From Phyllobates terribilis (lineage: Eukaryota): 64,000 nt of DNA. The notes below the pieces were generated by a model. The model was not told where the DNA came from and did no database searches. It worked only from the letters and a program-made list of their open reading frames with translations. Where the stretch lies: positions 596,812,001-596,876,000 of the forward strand of contig NW_027362764.1 of NCBI RefSeq assembly GCF_046119375.1. Reading direction: 5' to 3'. Positions within the stretch are counted from its first letter, which is position 1, and each line of letters opens with the position of its first letter. Shown piece after piece: positions 24,700 to 37,018 of this stretch. The translations under genes were made by a program, and so were the position numbers.

Positions 24700-26360
24700 G
24701 ACATTATTAATGTTTTCTTTTATTAACAATGGAACATGATTTCATTTCTTTTGTTGAGGCCATTGAGAAATCTGGTTCCCAGCTTGTATATCCAATAAGT
24801 CTCACGGGTGAGAAGACGTCTCTGCATATCCCCTCCACGGAAAGGTCTTTTCACTTTTTCAATACCAAAGGTCTGAAAAGAAGCCACACTGCGTTGGTGA
24901 CATGTGATAAAATGTTTAGCTGCCGCAGACACATTACAGTAAGTATTTTTAGTGTTAATAAACTCATGTAGATGTTCTGTGATACGTACTTTCATTTTTC
25001 GGGAAGTGCACCCTATTTACATTTTAGAGCAAATGGCACAACATACTGCATGTACCACATTTTGTGAATTGCAGTTAATGAACTGTTTGACACAAAACTT
25101 ATTGGAACAAAAATTATTTGTGTATGCTAATTTGCCCAGCTGCCACATTATGATTTTTTTCCTTTTCCTTGGGTTGAACTACTATTATATATGAATTTCT
25201 ACAGAATCCTGATAGTCTTATTTATACCTTTGACCAAGTGTGTTGGTGTTTCCCACATATAGTCTTTTCTCCTGTTGGATTCTTTGCTTTTTATTAATTT
25301 GGTGTATGTTAGTTCGGTATTCAATAAATTACAGTGGGGAAAAAAATTATTTAATCAGCCACCATTTGGGCAAGTTCTCCCACTTAAAAAAATGAGAGAG
25401 TCCTGTAATTCACATCATGGGAAAATTTGAAAAAAATTTCTTTCCAAATCAGACAATGTGATTTTCAGGATTTGTTTTCTCATTTTGTCTCTCATAGTTG
25501 AGGTCTACCTATGATGTCAATTACAGGCCTTTCTCATCTTTTTAAGTGGGAGAACTTGCACAATTGGTGGCTGACTAAATACTTTTTTCCCCACTGTATG
25601 TACTTATTTGGAAATTTTGCTGTGTTAGATTTATCTGTATGGTTACACAGTAGTCTATGCACTCCTCTTAGAATTTGGGGATATCATGTTACCTATCAAA
25701 GGTACCCTTCTGGCTACATAATTGCAGCCATTATCAAAGATTTTTTTCAGGATCGGATCCTCACTCAAAATAGGTAAAAATGTGTTGAATATGTTTTTAA
25801 TGCTATGAAACTGTGGACTACCCTGTAAACATGAAAAGGGCTTACTTCTGTAGGATTTATTTTTTCTTTTTATTTCCATGATTATCATCTCTGAGTAAAT
25901 CCCTGCGATCTTTATGGTTTACAATAGAAGAGGTATGATCTAACGTTCAGTAGGAGTACCCTCTTTCCCTCAATCTACTCCTAGATTGTGAAAGTTCTAA
26001 ATTTGTCGTGGCAACTACAGTTTCTTTTTAACCTTGTAAATTCTTTCACAGGAATCGATTTGATCGTATGTGTCGGATGGCTACTGTTGGCACGCAAAAT
26101 GGTATTACAAGACATTAGCTTCTTATATGTGGAAGTGTCAGTTCATTTCTCATGTTCCCCCATGAGCTTGAGATCCAGAAATGAGATATAAGAGGCATGT
26201 GATACATGAGTAAATTTAATGTTAAATGTACTATCATTCACAAACTCCATAAACCTGGGTATGGCAGATACATCTCTGACCCAGCTACCACAGCCCTTGT
26301 GCTGTGCTATTTTTAGCTGTTCAAAATAAAGAATACAATTAAAAAACAAAACTTCATTGG
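24700..26360 (-). mobile_element. Penelope-like element: RT C-terminus and GIY-YIG endonuclease, decayed
   Basis: RFMEFVND..FNIKFT..ISFLDL; LSEDPIL; FINCNSQNVV..C..C.K*IGCTSRKMKVRITEH..AAKHF..H..GIEKV..RGGD..RLLTRE.YWIYKL.T..NGLN. Confidence 0.88.
25332..25596. mobile_element. Tc1-derived MITE (265 bp) inserted in the Penelope element
   Basis: TA-CAGTGGGGAAAAAA...TTTTTTCCCCACTG-TA. Confidence 0.9.
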
Positions 26361-26369
26361 AAGCTGGAA

Positions 26370-27185
26370 CATTTTTTCTTCTATCCATTATAAATGATCT
26401 GAACCTGAGCACAACCTGTATGATGAGGCATCTGAATTTCAAGCACGAGGTGAAGTGGAGTGCACACATTAAAAAGAATGACAAATCTGAGCCTCCTCCT
26501 GCTCCCTCTTCTGCTGTGGTCTCAGCCTCTTCCTCCTTATCACGATCAACAGGGCCACCTGCCTCCCTGCATTCAGAGGATGAGATAGCATACCACCACC
26601 AATGTCAACGAGCATCTCCACACTGTCCCATAGAAGTGTTCAGCTTTCCATCCTCCAAATACTTGAGAGAACGAGGAGACACTAACCTAGCCACCCATGA
26701 GCCATGGTACTGAATGACAGCATTTCAAAATTACTTACATTTGAAATGCTGCCATTCCAGCTGGTGGAGATGGACAGTTTTGAAAAAATTATGTAGGTGG
26801 CTGTCCATCAGTTTGTTGTTTCCAACCGCCACTACATTTCCCAGCGGGCCAACCCTGCCTTGCACAAACATGTTCAAATCAAGTGTGCACTGCTCAATGC
26901 TATCAGTGGCAAGGTCCACATAACCACCGATATGTGGACCAGTAACCACAACCAGGGACGTTGCATCTCCATAACTTAACCCACTGGGTAAATGTAGTGG
27001 CGACTGGGGCAGAGGCGGAAGGAGTTCTATCTCATGTCCTACCACCACCTAGTATTGCTGGACATTTATCTGTCTCGTTTCTCTTCTCCTCCTATACTTC
27101 TTCCTCCACCGCCTCCTAATTCGGTCACAGGAACACCTGCACTACCAACTTGAGAACAGCCAGGGGGAAATTACAGCAGGCTGTT
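26370..27185 (+). pseudogene. hAT transposase fragment (end of BED finger to first catalytic D)
   Basis: TTCMMRHLNFKHEVKW; LEMLPFQLVE; RHYISQRANPALHKHV; GKVHITTDMWTS. Confidence 0.82.
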
Positions 27186-27190
27186 CTTAA

Positions 27191-28750
27191 AGAAATTGTA
27201 CACTACTTTTTACAATGGCCCCAATGTATTTACCTTGTGCCGATAAGTGTTTTTGTAAATACCTTTAGTTGTCCTTCTGCAAGTGGCGCTATCACTGGCC
27301 GCTAACAGGTATCTCGTTACCCCAGGCTGCCGCCGGCTCATCCTTCCGTTGATGTCACGTCAAGTGAGGCGTGACATCAGTGACGTGCTCCCCCTCAGTG
27401 GAAGCTGGGCTGTGGGCGGGGTTACCCTGCGCGTCACACCCAGCATCCACGCGTGCTTTCCATCTCCTCATTCATTGTGGCGCTATCGCTGGCCGCTCAC
27501 AGGCAACACGTGACCGCCGGCTGCAGCCAACTCTTACTTCTGCTGATGTCATGTCAATGAATGAGGAGAGGGAAATTTTACAACGTGGATCTGTAAAAAT
27601 TAAAAATATATATTTTTCCCACAATGCTGCTTTAGCCCCCAATATTTTCATTTTCACAAGGATAGCAGATGAAAATTGACCCCAAAATTTGTTGTGCAAT
27701 TTCTCCTGAGTACGCTGATACCCCATGTGTGGTCGACAACTACTTTTGAGGCACAGTGCAATGCTCAGAAGGGAAGAAGTGCCATATTGGAGTTCATATT
27801 TTGCTGGGCTGGTTTGATGGTGCCATGTCACATTGGCAGAGCTCCTAAGGTGCCATAACAGCAGAACCCCCTGTAAGAGACCCCATTTTACAAACTGCAC
27901 CTCTCAATGAATTCTTCTAGGGGTGCAGTGAGCATGTTGACACCACATGTGCCTCACAGAATTTCACACCATTGGGCAGTGAATAAAGAATAATTAAATT
28001 TTTACCACCAAAGTTTTGTTTTAGCCCCAGATTTTACATTTTCACACTGAGAAAGGGGTAAAAATGCTACCAAAATTTGTCAAACAATTTTTACTGAATG
28101 TAGAAATAACCCATATGTGGCTGTACAGTACTGCTTAGCCACACAGTAAGACTCAGAAAGGACCGAGCGATATTTGCCTCCTGGAGTGCAGATTTTTATA
28201 GAATAGTATGCAGACTCCATATACAGAACCCCTAAGTGCTAGAAGAGCAGAATACCCCTTCAAGTGACCCCATTTTGGAAATTATACCCCTTTGGGAATT
28301 TATCCACAGGTGTGGTGAGGATTTTAACTAGATGGGTGTTTTCCAGAAACAAGCAGCAGTGGATGTTGCTGAGTGAAAATTGCAAACTGTCGTTGTAGTG
28401 ACCAGTACGTTATACCCAGCTCATGTTTATGGAGACATGCACCCATAAATTATGTGGGTTCTCATCACTACTGAAATGCCAAAAATATGGACGCTAACAG
28501 TGTTTAGGCACACTGTGGGGCTCAAAAGGGAGGTGGGCATTTGTATTTGGGAGCACAAAATTTGCTGAACTTCTTTTGGGGGGCAAGGGTTATTTTGCTT
28601 TTACAGAGCCTTTGTGCTACTAGTAATGTGGAAGCCCAATATATTTCCGTTAACAGATGACGGACCTGAGTGGGGATTTGCTTTTTTTGTGGAGTGAGTT
28701 GAAGCTTTATTGTGATCCAAAATGTTATGTAAAATGTACCCATTTATCTT
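27191..28750. repeat. Non-autonomous DNA-transposon remnants (Kolobok-like MITE part, then a subterminal-repeat block with recurring ACCCCATTTT motifs)
   Basis: Starts at TTAA; short palindromes at 27340-27400; repeated GACCCCATTTT(A/G) motifs. Family assignment is by resemblance only. Confidence 0.4.
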
Positions 28751-28751
28751 G

Positions 28752-29097
28752 TGCCTTACACTGAACACTGATATCGGAGTTTCCATTTAAATCTCTGAGT
28801 GACATAATTCAGATGAAACCCCCAAGGGATCCATTAACTATAATGAGGCAGCCGAGTTCTCTGGACTTCATCTGGCCTCTGTTTAGCGGTGTCCTTTTTT
28901 CAGAGGATTACAAAACTGTGGCCAACAACACTTTTATGCATGCCTAATAAAAAGATGGACACCGTGGGGTCACAGAACATACGGCGTCAAAGGTGCCTCC
29001 ATCTGCCTCATTACAGGGAATCTTCCACCGGGGGTTCCATCTGAATCACGTATTTCAGAGATTTACATGGAAAACCTGGTGTAAGCGCTCAGCGTAG
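28752..29097. mobile_element. Palindromic MITE-like element
   Basis: Arms GTTTCCATTTAAATCTCTGA..ATTCAGATGAAACCCCC and GGGGGTTCCATCTGAATC..TCAGAGATTTACATGGAAAAC. Confidence 0.6.
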
Positions 29098-29849
29098 AGT
29101 GCAGGATAAATGTGAGCCGAGCCATACTGCGAACTTTGTTAGGCAGGATGAACAAATCAGCAGCAGGTGAAGAATAGAGATAAGCAAATATGTTCGAAAA
29201 ACGACCAACAATTTCAAATTCGTCACGAATATGGCACTTTGGAATTCGTGATCGGAAACACAAGCATTTTTTCTTAAAATTGGCAAAAATTTGGTAAAAG
29301 TGCGGGAAATTATTGTGTTGCCACAAAAGTATTTTTAGCACTTTGGCTACAATAGTGGTGGTGTATGATGAGCGGGGAGGAAATGTTTGATGAGGGGATG
29401 GGGAGAGCTCAGAGGAGCGACGTGCTTGTAATCTTTTTTTTTCCTAACTTTGTGTGCAAATTGCGGCTAGCCAATCAGGGCGCAGGAACCATCCACAATG
29501 TCCAGACGCCAGGGCTTGTGCCATTTGCTGCTGAAATCACATGTCCCTCTCTATGTAAAGAGCGGACATGTTGCTTTATCACCATTTTGTGATTATAACA
29601 GGTCAGAGAGGCTAATCCTGATGCAGCTCCTGATTTGATTAGAGATTTTAGCTAGTTAGCTAGACGGTTGCTTCTAAGTCAGATAGTTTAGATAGCTAGG
29701 GTCCTGTGTGGCTGTGAAATTGACCTTCCAGCAGATTTTTTTTCTTGTGCCATTAGGGAGGTCCAGACAAAGACAGCAGGGCATGTGTCATAGAAGTCTG
29801 TTGTGCACTGCTTTCATTGTACTCCATGCACGAGTACATCTTTAAAAAT

Positions 29850-32650
29850 ATATTTTTTTCTGTAACTAATGTGATTCAGCACGCCATATCTCACCTTCTC
29901 ATTTTGTTGTCGGGAAATTCAGCTGTATGCAGAGCTCATGCAGAGCAAACAAAAATATTTTTTTCTGCTCCTAACGTGATACAGCATGCCATATCCCACT
30001 TTGTCATTTTGTGGAAGTGAAATTCAGCTGTATGCAGAGCTCATGCAGAGTAAAAAAATCTATTTTTTTTGTGACTAACGTGACACAGCTCGCCATATCT
30101 CAGTTTGTCGTTTTGTGATGGGGAAATTCAACTGTATGCAAAGCTCATGCAGAGAAAACAAAAATATTTTTTTCTGTTCCTAACGTGATGCAGCATGCCA
30201 TATCTCACCTTGTCATTTTGTGGTGGTGAAATTCAGCTGTATGCAGAGCTCATGCAGAGTAAAAAATCTATTTTTTTCTGTGACAAACATGATACAGCAG
30301 GCTATATCTGAGTTTGAAATTTCTTGGAGCATATATTCTATTGTATACAGGCCTCATCCACACTAAAAAAATACTTTCTTCTGTTACTAACATGATACAG
30401 GAGGGGAGATCTCAGTTTGAAATTGTTTGGAGCATATATTCTATGTTATACAGGCCTCATCCACACTGAAAAAATACTTTCTTCTGTTACTAATGTGATA
30501 CAGCAGACTAGATTCAGTTTTAAATTGTTTGGAGCATATCTTCCATGTTATACAAGCGTCATCCACAGTAAAAAAAAATACTTTTTTCTGTTACTAACAT
30601 GATACAGTAGGGGAGATCTCAGTTTGAAATTGTTCGGAGCATATCTTTTATGTTATACAGGCCTCATCCACACTAAAAATACTTTCTTCTGTTACTAACA
30701 TGATACAGTAGGGGAGATTTCAGTTTAAATTGTTTGGAGCATATCTTCTATTTTATACAGGCCTCATCCACATAAAAAAATACTTATTTCTGTTACTAAT
30801 GTGATACAGAAAGCCATATTCCACCTTGTCATTTAGTGCTGCTGAAATTCAGCTGTGTGCAGAGCTGTTGCAAAGTAAAAAAACAATTTTTTTCAGTTGC
30901 TAATGTGATTCAGCACACCATATTTCACCTTGTCATTTAGTGCCCCTGAAATTCAGCTGTGTGCAGAGCTGTTGCAGAGTAAAAAAACTTTTTTTTTTCA
31001 GATGTTAATGACGCACCCCCTGGGGCCGTGGGGTACTCGGTAGCCGGGCCGGTCCTTTTTGGGGTAGTCACGGCGGCAGTAACCTGGTCCGTGGCCCCGG
31101 GCGGTCAAATAAAGAACAGTCAATTGGGGAAATAAAGATTTGGGGACAACGTTCGTGAAGCCACCCGTGGTATGCAGCTACATGGGGCAACCGCTGCGGT
31201 GCAGATCCACTGGGGCTGATAGTGACGCAGCAGAGTTGGTTCAGATCTCCACGGGCAAAGCTAAGCTCCAGGGTAGTATAAGGTGATTTGAAAAAGTACA
31301 TGTTGTCGGCAGGGACAGTGTAGTGCAGGGCAGGTGACGCAGCAATTAAGTTAAGGACACAGCGGGGTGCAGTCTTCAGGTTTTACTCAAAGTTGCTAAG
31401 TTCTCCAGGTTACAGTTACTGGTTTGTAAGCATCCACATCATCCTGTGTCCTCCGGGGAAGTGATCCAGCCAACTCTCAGATATCTTAGGAGCACTTGAA
31501 TGGGACCCCTTTCGGTGTACCTCTCCAAGTCGTCTCACTACGCTGGCTCTCGCCCTCCTGCCCTGCGCCTCACACACAGTGTCCCGAGTTAGTGGCGGCG
31601 GGCTTTGTCGGGCGATGTCCGGTCTTTCCCCTTGGTCCTATATGGCCCCCTTTTCAGCGATTATATGTGGACTGTGGCTACAGCACCTTAAGATAACGCA
31701 ACCTCCAGTTTGCTAGCTGAGCCTTAAAGTACTCCACTAGTCTGGGGCCGGTCCCCTCATGCGGCCTTGATCCCTCCATGGTCACTGTGAACTAGGGCAC
31801 ACGGGTGGCCTCCCGCACTCGCCGTGCCCCTTCTGTCTCTGGAGTCCCTCTTACTGCTTCGGTGTTCTTTCCTCACTCTCCTCCTGGGCCTCTCTGACTG
31901 GGCCCTTCTCCTCCACGGTTCACTGAACTCCTCTCTTGCTCCCCTGATCAGAACTGAACTCCTGCTCCAAGCACTGAAACAGGAGACTGGCCCTAAGTCA
32001 GATCTCTCCACAGAACTTCTTCTAGATGTTTCTACCTGTCTTTTATACTCTTCTGTCTGTGCTCCCCTAAACTTCTTCCTCCACCCACCTCCTCCACTTA
32101 GTTCCACCCTCCTGACAGGGACCAGGGACTGTGCTCTCCCTCAGGAGCAATCTCACCCTTTCCTAATGAAATGGTGTAGTTTTGGATGTGGGTGTGTGGG
32201 TCCCGGGTAGTGCTCCCTCCTTACCTGAGAGTGGGGTACCACACCTCTGGCTGAGATGCAGTACCTCTGTGGCAACTGGACCCACAGGGGCGCCACACTA
32301 ACATGATACAGCACGCCATATCTCATCTTATCATTTTGTGGCGGTGAAATTCAGCTGTATGCAGAGCTCATGTAGAGTAAAGAAATCTTTTATTTTCTGT
32401 GCCTAAAGTGATGCAGCACATCATATCTCAGTTTGTAATATTGTGGCTCTGAAATTCAGCTGTATGCAGAGCTCATGCAGAGTAAACAAAAATATTTTTT
32501 TCTCTGACTGACATGATGCAGCAGGGGAGATCTCAGTTTGAAATTATTTGGAGCATATATTCTAAGTTATACAGGCCTCATCCACAGTGAAAAAAAATAT
32601 TTCTTCTGTAACATCATACAGGACGCCAGAAGTCAGTTTCAAATTTTTGG
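29850..32650. repeat. ~104-bp tandem array with two monomer types in blocks, split by a solo LTR
   Basis: Type A GAAATTCAGCTGTATGCAGAGCTC at 29914, 30019, 30123, 30228; type B GAGCATAT..ATACAGGCCTCATCCAC at 30327, 30430, 30532 and onward. Confidence 0.9.
31009..32297. mobile_element. Solo LTR, 1,289 bp
   Basis: TGACGCACCCCC...GGGGCGCCACA; flanks TTAA/CTAA (4-bp TSD with one mismatch); the tandem array resumes on both sides. Confidence 0.85.
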
Positions 32651-33394
32651 ATGCAGATATTGTTCTCACAGGGGTACACATGATAAAATTGAAATTGTTA
32701 TTCTGACTACTGTGGTATGTAAAGCAGGCTATATTTCATCTTTTAATTCTTTGGTGAAGATACTGTTCTCCATACAGGGGTATATATTAGTGATGAGTGA
32801 GCACTAAATGTGCTCAACTTAGTGGTTCAGCACTTTCTCAAAACCTAACTAGATCTGTCAGAGCTGCTTGTGAAAGTACACTGCGTGTGTATCGTTTTCA
32901 GAAAGTCAGCTACAGCTTCCGACGCCATAGCAGTGCATCACCAGCATTTGCAGCTTCCAGCTCACAGACTGGTGTGCAATGTCACCACACGTTGGAAATC
33001 AATGCTGCAGATGTTGGGAAGGATTTGTGAGCAACAGAAGGCAGTTGTTGTGTACCAGCTTCAACACGCCCGTTGGAATTCAGGACAGCCTCCGCACTTA
33101 AGAGCTGATGAGTGGGCATGGATGTCTGACATCTGTGCCGTCCTCCAAAATTTTGAGTACTTCACCAAGATGGTGAGTGACGATGACGACACAATTAACG
33201 TCACCATCTCGTTTCTGTGTCTACTGAAATGCTCGCTGCTCACAATTAAAGATGAGGCATTGCAAGCGGAGCAAGGAACTATACAGGGTGATGCTACACA
33301 GCCCAGCCTCATCTCATCTCAATGCGGTTTGGGTGATAATGAGGAGGAGGAGAACATGGACAGTTGTCCTCTTGGTGAGGACAAGAAAGTCTTG

Positions 33395-34216
33395 GAAGTT
33401 TTGATACCCCTCTTTCAGTCTGTGGGAAAGCTGTATGAGTTTCTTTTAATGATGACCTTCAGTGGCCTAAACCATGGCTTTGCTTATGCACATTATTTCT
33501 CAAAACACATTGCATATCAGGCCATTGCCCAACTCTGTAGTTATGAAATTCAAGGCATGAAGATCTTTGTGTGTCGAACCACCTAGAAGTGTTAGCTGAT
33601 GTTGGACGGGCTGCCATTGCTTATGGAACAAGCTGCATTAGAGGACTTCCTTGGAGAAATGATAGCCGGAGCAGATATGGTTTCATTCTATGGCAGTCCT
33701 TTCACCAACCTAAAGAATATGGCTGTGGTGAAATAAAACTCTCACCAAGAAGCAGCCCTGGCTAAGAAAAGTCTGTGTGAAGATTCCCGGACACTCTATG
33801 GCTGCTTTTTTACTGTGGACTGGCTCCAGCAATCTATAAGATTTAAGATGCAATCTGGCCCCTTGGCAAAGCACAATTCTGTTCTCCCTCTGATATCTAA
33901 CAAACAGGTCATGCTGGAGAAACTTGCACCTACTGCTACTCAGTGTCTTCAGCTCCTTTGTGAGAAACTAATTTTTGAGCAGCAAGTCTACCAAATAAAA
34001 TTCCTGAGATATGGAAATTGGTGATGGCTTCACTTCTGGTACTGGGTGCTAATACCAAACCATGGCATGCCATTCACTGGATATTCCTGGCTGGTTGAAG
34101 ACAAGCTCATTCCCACAGAAAATTACCAGCAAGCTAAGGAGATGGTGGCCTCTATCATCATGAAGGAGTTAGCTCGTTGTACAGGAGACCGACCACCACT
34201 GCTGTCTACCTTGTGA
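33395..34216 (+). pseudogene. dnd1: Processed (intronless), 5'-truncated dead end homolog 1 pseudogene: RRM1 C-terminal part, RRM2 and C-terminal dsRBD-like domain; 4 premature stops, no frameshift; 3' UTR continues to 34247 and at ~41741-41796
   Basis: [100 protein letters not shown]. This matches vertebrate DND1 as recalled ([52 protein letters not shown]). Confidence 0.9.
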
Positions 34217-35599
34217 ACATTGTGTTGAAGCTTGCAAGGATTAAGAGTAGTGATGAGCAAGTACTAAAATGCTCAGGTACTCGTTGCTCGGGTTGAGCAA
34301 ATTGGAATACTCTGGTGCTCAACCCGAGCAACGAGCCCAATGTAAGTCTAAGGGAAACTCGAGCAGTTTTCCGGTGGCTTTCCCCGGCGGTCGGCAGAGG
34401 GCCTAAAAATTGCCCAAATTGATGGGAACAGTGCTCAAATGACATGGGAACAGCATAGGAAAGACCCCTGGAAGCATTTCTGACTCCCAGGTTACTGCTG
34501 TCAACAACGTTGTCAGAGTATTACGCCACTTTTACGAACTCACAATAAAACATACAAAAACAAAACAAAATGGATTTTCCTGGGAAATATATCAAGGAAC
34601 ATCCTTTCCAGGGTAATGACTTGTATATAAGGCAAAATAAATAACCAAAACCAAAAATACTCCTCCACACCTTGGGCTATGTTCACACGTAGCGTTTTTG
34701 ATGCGTTTTTGCACTTTTTCATTGCTTTCAACAAAGACAAATGCATTCACTGGGAAATGTCATTTTAACATTTTACAACCTTATCTGGCCATGTGGTGTG
34801 TGACACATCATCAGACACATGCATACAGTGCTGAAAAGACATGGGAACAGCATGGGGAAGACCTCTGGAAGCTTTTCAGACTCCCAGGTCACTGCCTAAA
34901 TGTGTGCAAATCACCACCATGCACCTGTCATTGCAGACTTGCAACAATCACCGTCCACGTCCTTGTCCCAGTGCAGCGTTCAGATGTCCCTACCCCATTC
35001 CTTGGAATGCAAGCACAAGTATGCAGCCAGCCACCCACCCACCCACAGGCTGCAATAATATATTACCAAACTTTTGACCGCTACTTGCACTTGAAATGTG
35101 GCCATTTAGGCTCATGCGGCGGAAGCTTTTCATAACCTCATGCCGGCGGCGGCCTGGTATCCATACTCGGTCCCCAGCCGCCACTGTTCCTCCCGGTGTC
35201 GTCTCCGCCTTCCACAAGCACGGGTCCCACAACATTACTAATGCCCTCCCCAGTGCACTTACTGGGAAGGACCGCCTAACCACAAACACGTGGACAGGTG
35301 AATGTGGCCAGGGACGGTACGAAGCCAGTCCACAGCTTTTTTTGCTGAGTTGTATTTCACCACAGCCATATTCTTTAGCTTGTTGAAAGGACTTGGGAAA
35401 CCATATCTACCCAGCTGTCATTTCTCCGAGAAAGTCCTCTAAAGCTGCTTTCACTTAAAATGTGGCCATTTAGTCTCGTGCAGGCGAAAGCTTTTCACAA
35501 CCTCATGCCGGCGGCGGCCAGGTGTCCATACTCGGTCCCCAGCTGCCACTGTTTCTCCCGATATCGTCTCGGGCTGCCAAGGGCTGCCAAAATTTTCGA

Positions 35600-36620
35600 A
35601 AAACCCCACTAAGAATTTAAAGACACATAGAGCAGGGCCACAGTAATGACAAATTCCCATTAGAAAGGAGAGAGTCTGCTATACAGTTATAGGGTATGCA
35701 GTGAGTCCAACGGCTGACCAATTTTAGGAAAAACCCCACTAAGAATTTAAAGACACATAGAGCAGGGCCACAGTAATGACAAATTCCCATTAGAAAGGAG
35801 AGAGTCTGCTATACAGTTATAGGGTATGCAGTGAGTCCAACGGCTGACCAATTTTAGGAAAAACCCCACTAAGAATTTTAAGACACATAGAGCAGGGCCA
35901 CAGTAACAAGAACGATGTGTTCCCATTAGAAAGGAGAGGGTCTGCTATACAGTTATAGAGTATGCAGTGAGTCCAACGGCTGACCAATTTTAGAAAAAAA
36001 AACACTAAGAATTTAAAGACACATAGAGCAGGGCCACAGTAACGACAAATTCCGATTAGAAAGGAGAGAGTCAGAATACAGTTATTGGGTATGCAGTGAG
36101 TCCAACGGCTGACCAATTTTAGGAAAAACCCCACTAAGAATTTAAAGACAAATAGAGCAGCGCCACTGTTTCGACAAATTCTCATTAGAAAGGAGAGAGT
36201 CTGCTATACAGTTATAGGGTATGCAGTGAGTCCAACGGCTGACCAATTTTAGGAAAAACCCCACTAAGAATTTAAAGACACATAGAGCAGGGCCACAGTA
36301 ATGACAAATTCACTTTAGAAAGGAGAGAGTCTGCTATACAGTTATAGGTTATGCAGTGAGTCCAACGGCTGACCAATTTTTTGGAAAACCCCACTAAGAA
36401 TTTAAAGACACATAGAGCAGGGCCACAGTAACAAGTATGACATGTTCCCATTAGAACGTAGAGGGTCTTCAGTACAGTTATAGGGTATGCAGTGAGTCCA
36501 ACGGCTGACCAATTTTAGGAAAAACCCCACTAAGAATTTAAAGACACATAGAGTAGGGCCACAGTAATGACAAATTCCCATTAGAAAGGAGAGAGTCTCC
36601 CATAGTGTTGGCCTATGCAG
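35600..36620. repeat. 130-bp tandem array (~8 copies, with 135-136-bp variants) in the 3' arm of hAT-C
   Basis: AAACCCCACTAAGAATTT at 35601, 35731, 35861, 36126, 36256, 36386, 36522. Confidence 0.95.
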
Positions 36621-37018
36621 TGAATGTAAGTGATGACAAAAATTTGGAGGCACTTCAATGCCCCTTGGAAGAGACGTGGAAGAGGGCCTCATAAAAAAAA
36701 TGTTCCCATTAGAAAGGAACGGGCCTCCTATACTTGTAATGCCCATGCACTAAGTGTATGGGCTGACAAACATTTACCCCTGGGGGGTATACATGGACAT
36801 ACTGTCTAAAAAATTTTTTTACGGGCATCATAAACAACCTTTAAAACAATGATGTGGGTGTTGCATCACGGACCATGGTCACCCTGGTGATATGGTGTAG
36901 GATGGGGAGATTGAGGAGGACAAGAGCAAATAGCCAAAATCAGGAAGCGTATACCCATGTCTGGGTGTGAAAAGGTGCATAGGAATACACCTCCCAAGAA
37001 AAGACACTGGATTTGAGT

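Larger units (their letters stand above)
29175..33394 (+). mobile_element. hAT-B: 5' end, internal tandem array and transposase fragment, 3'-truncated at the dnd1 junction
   Basis: TAGAGATAAGCAAATATGTTCG at 29175; ORF 32870: [38 protein letters not shown]. Confidence 0.78.

Noticed and set aside
33395-34216. The functional dnd1 locus
   Set aside because: N-terminus missing, four premature stops, HRAAAMA motif altered to HQEAALA, no introns.
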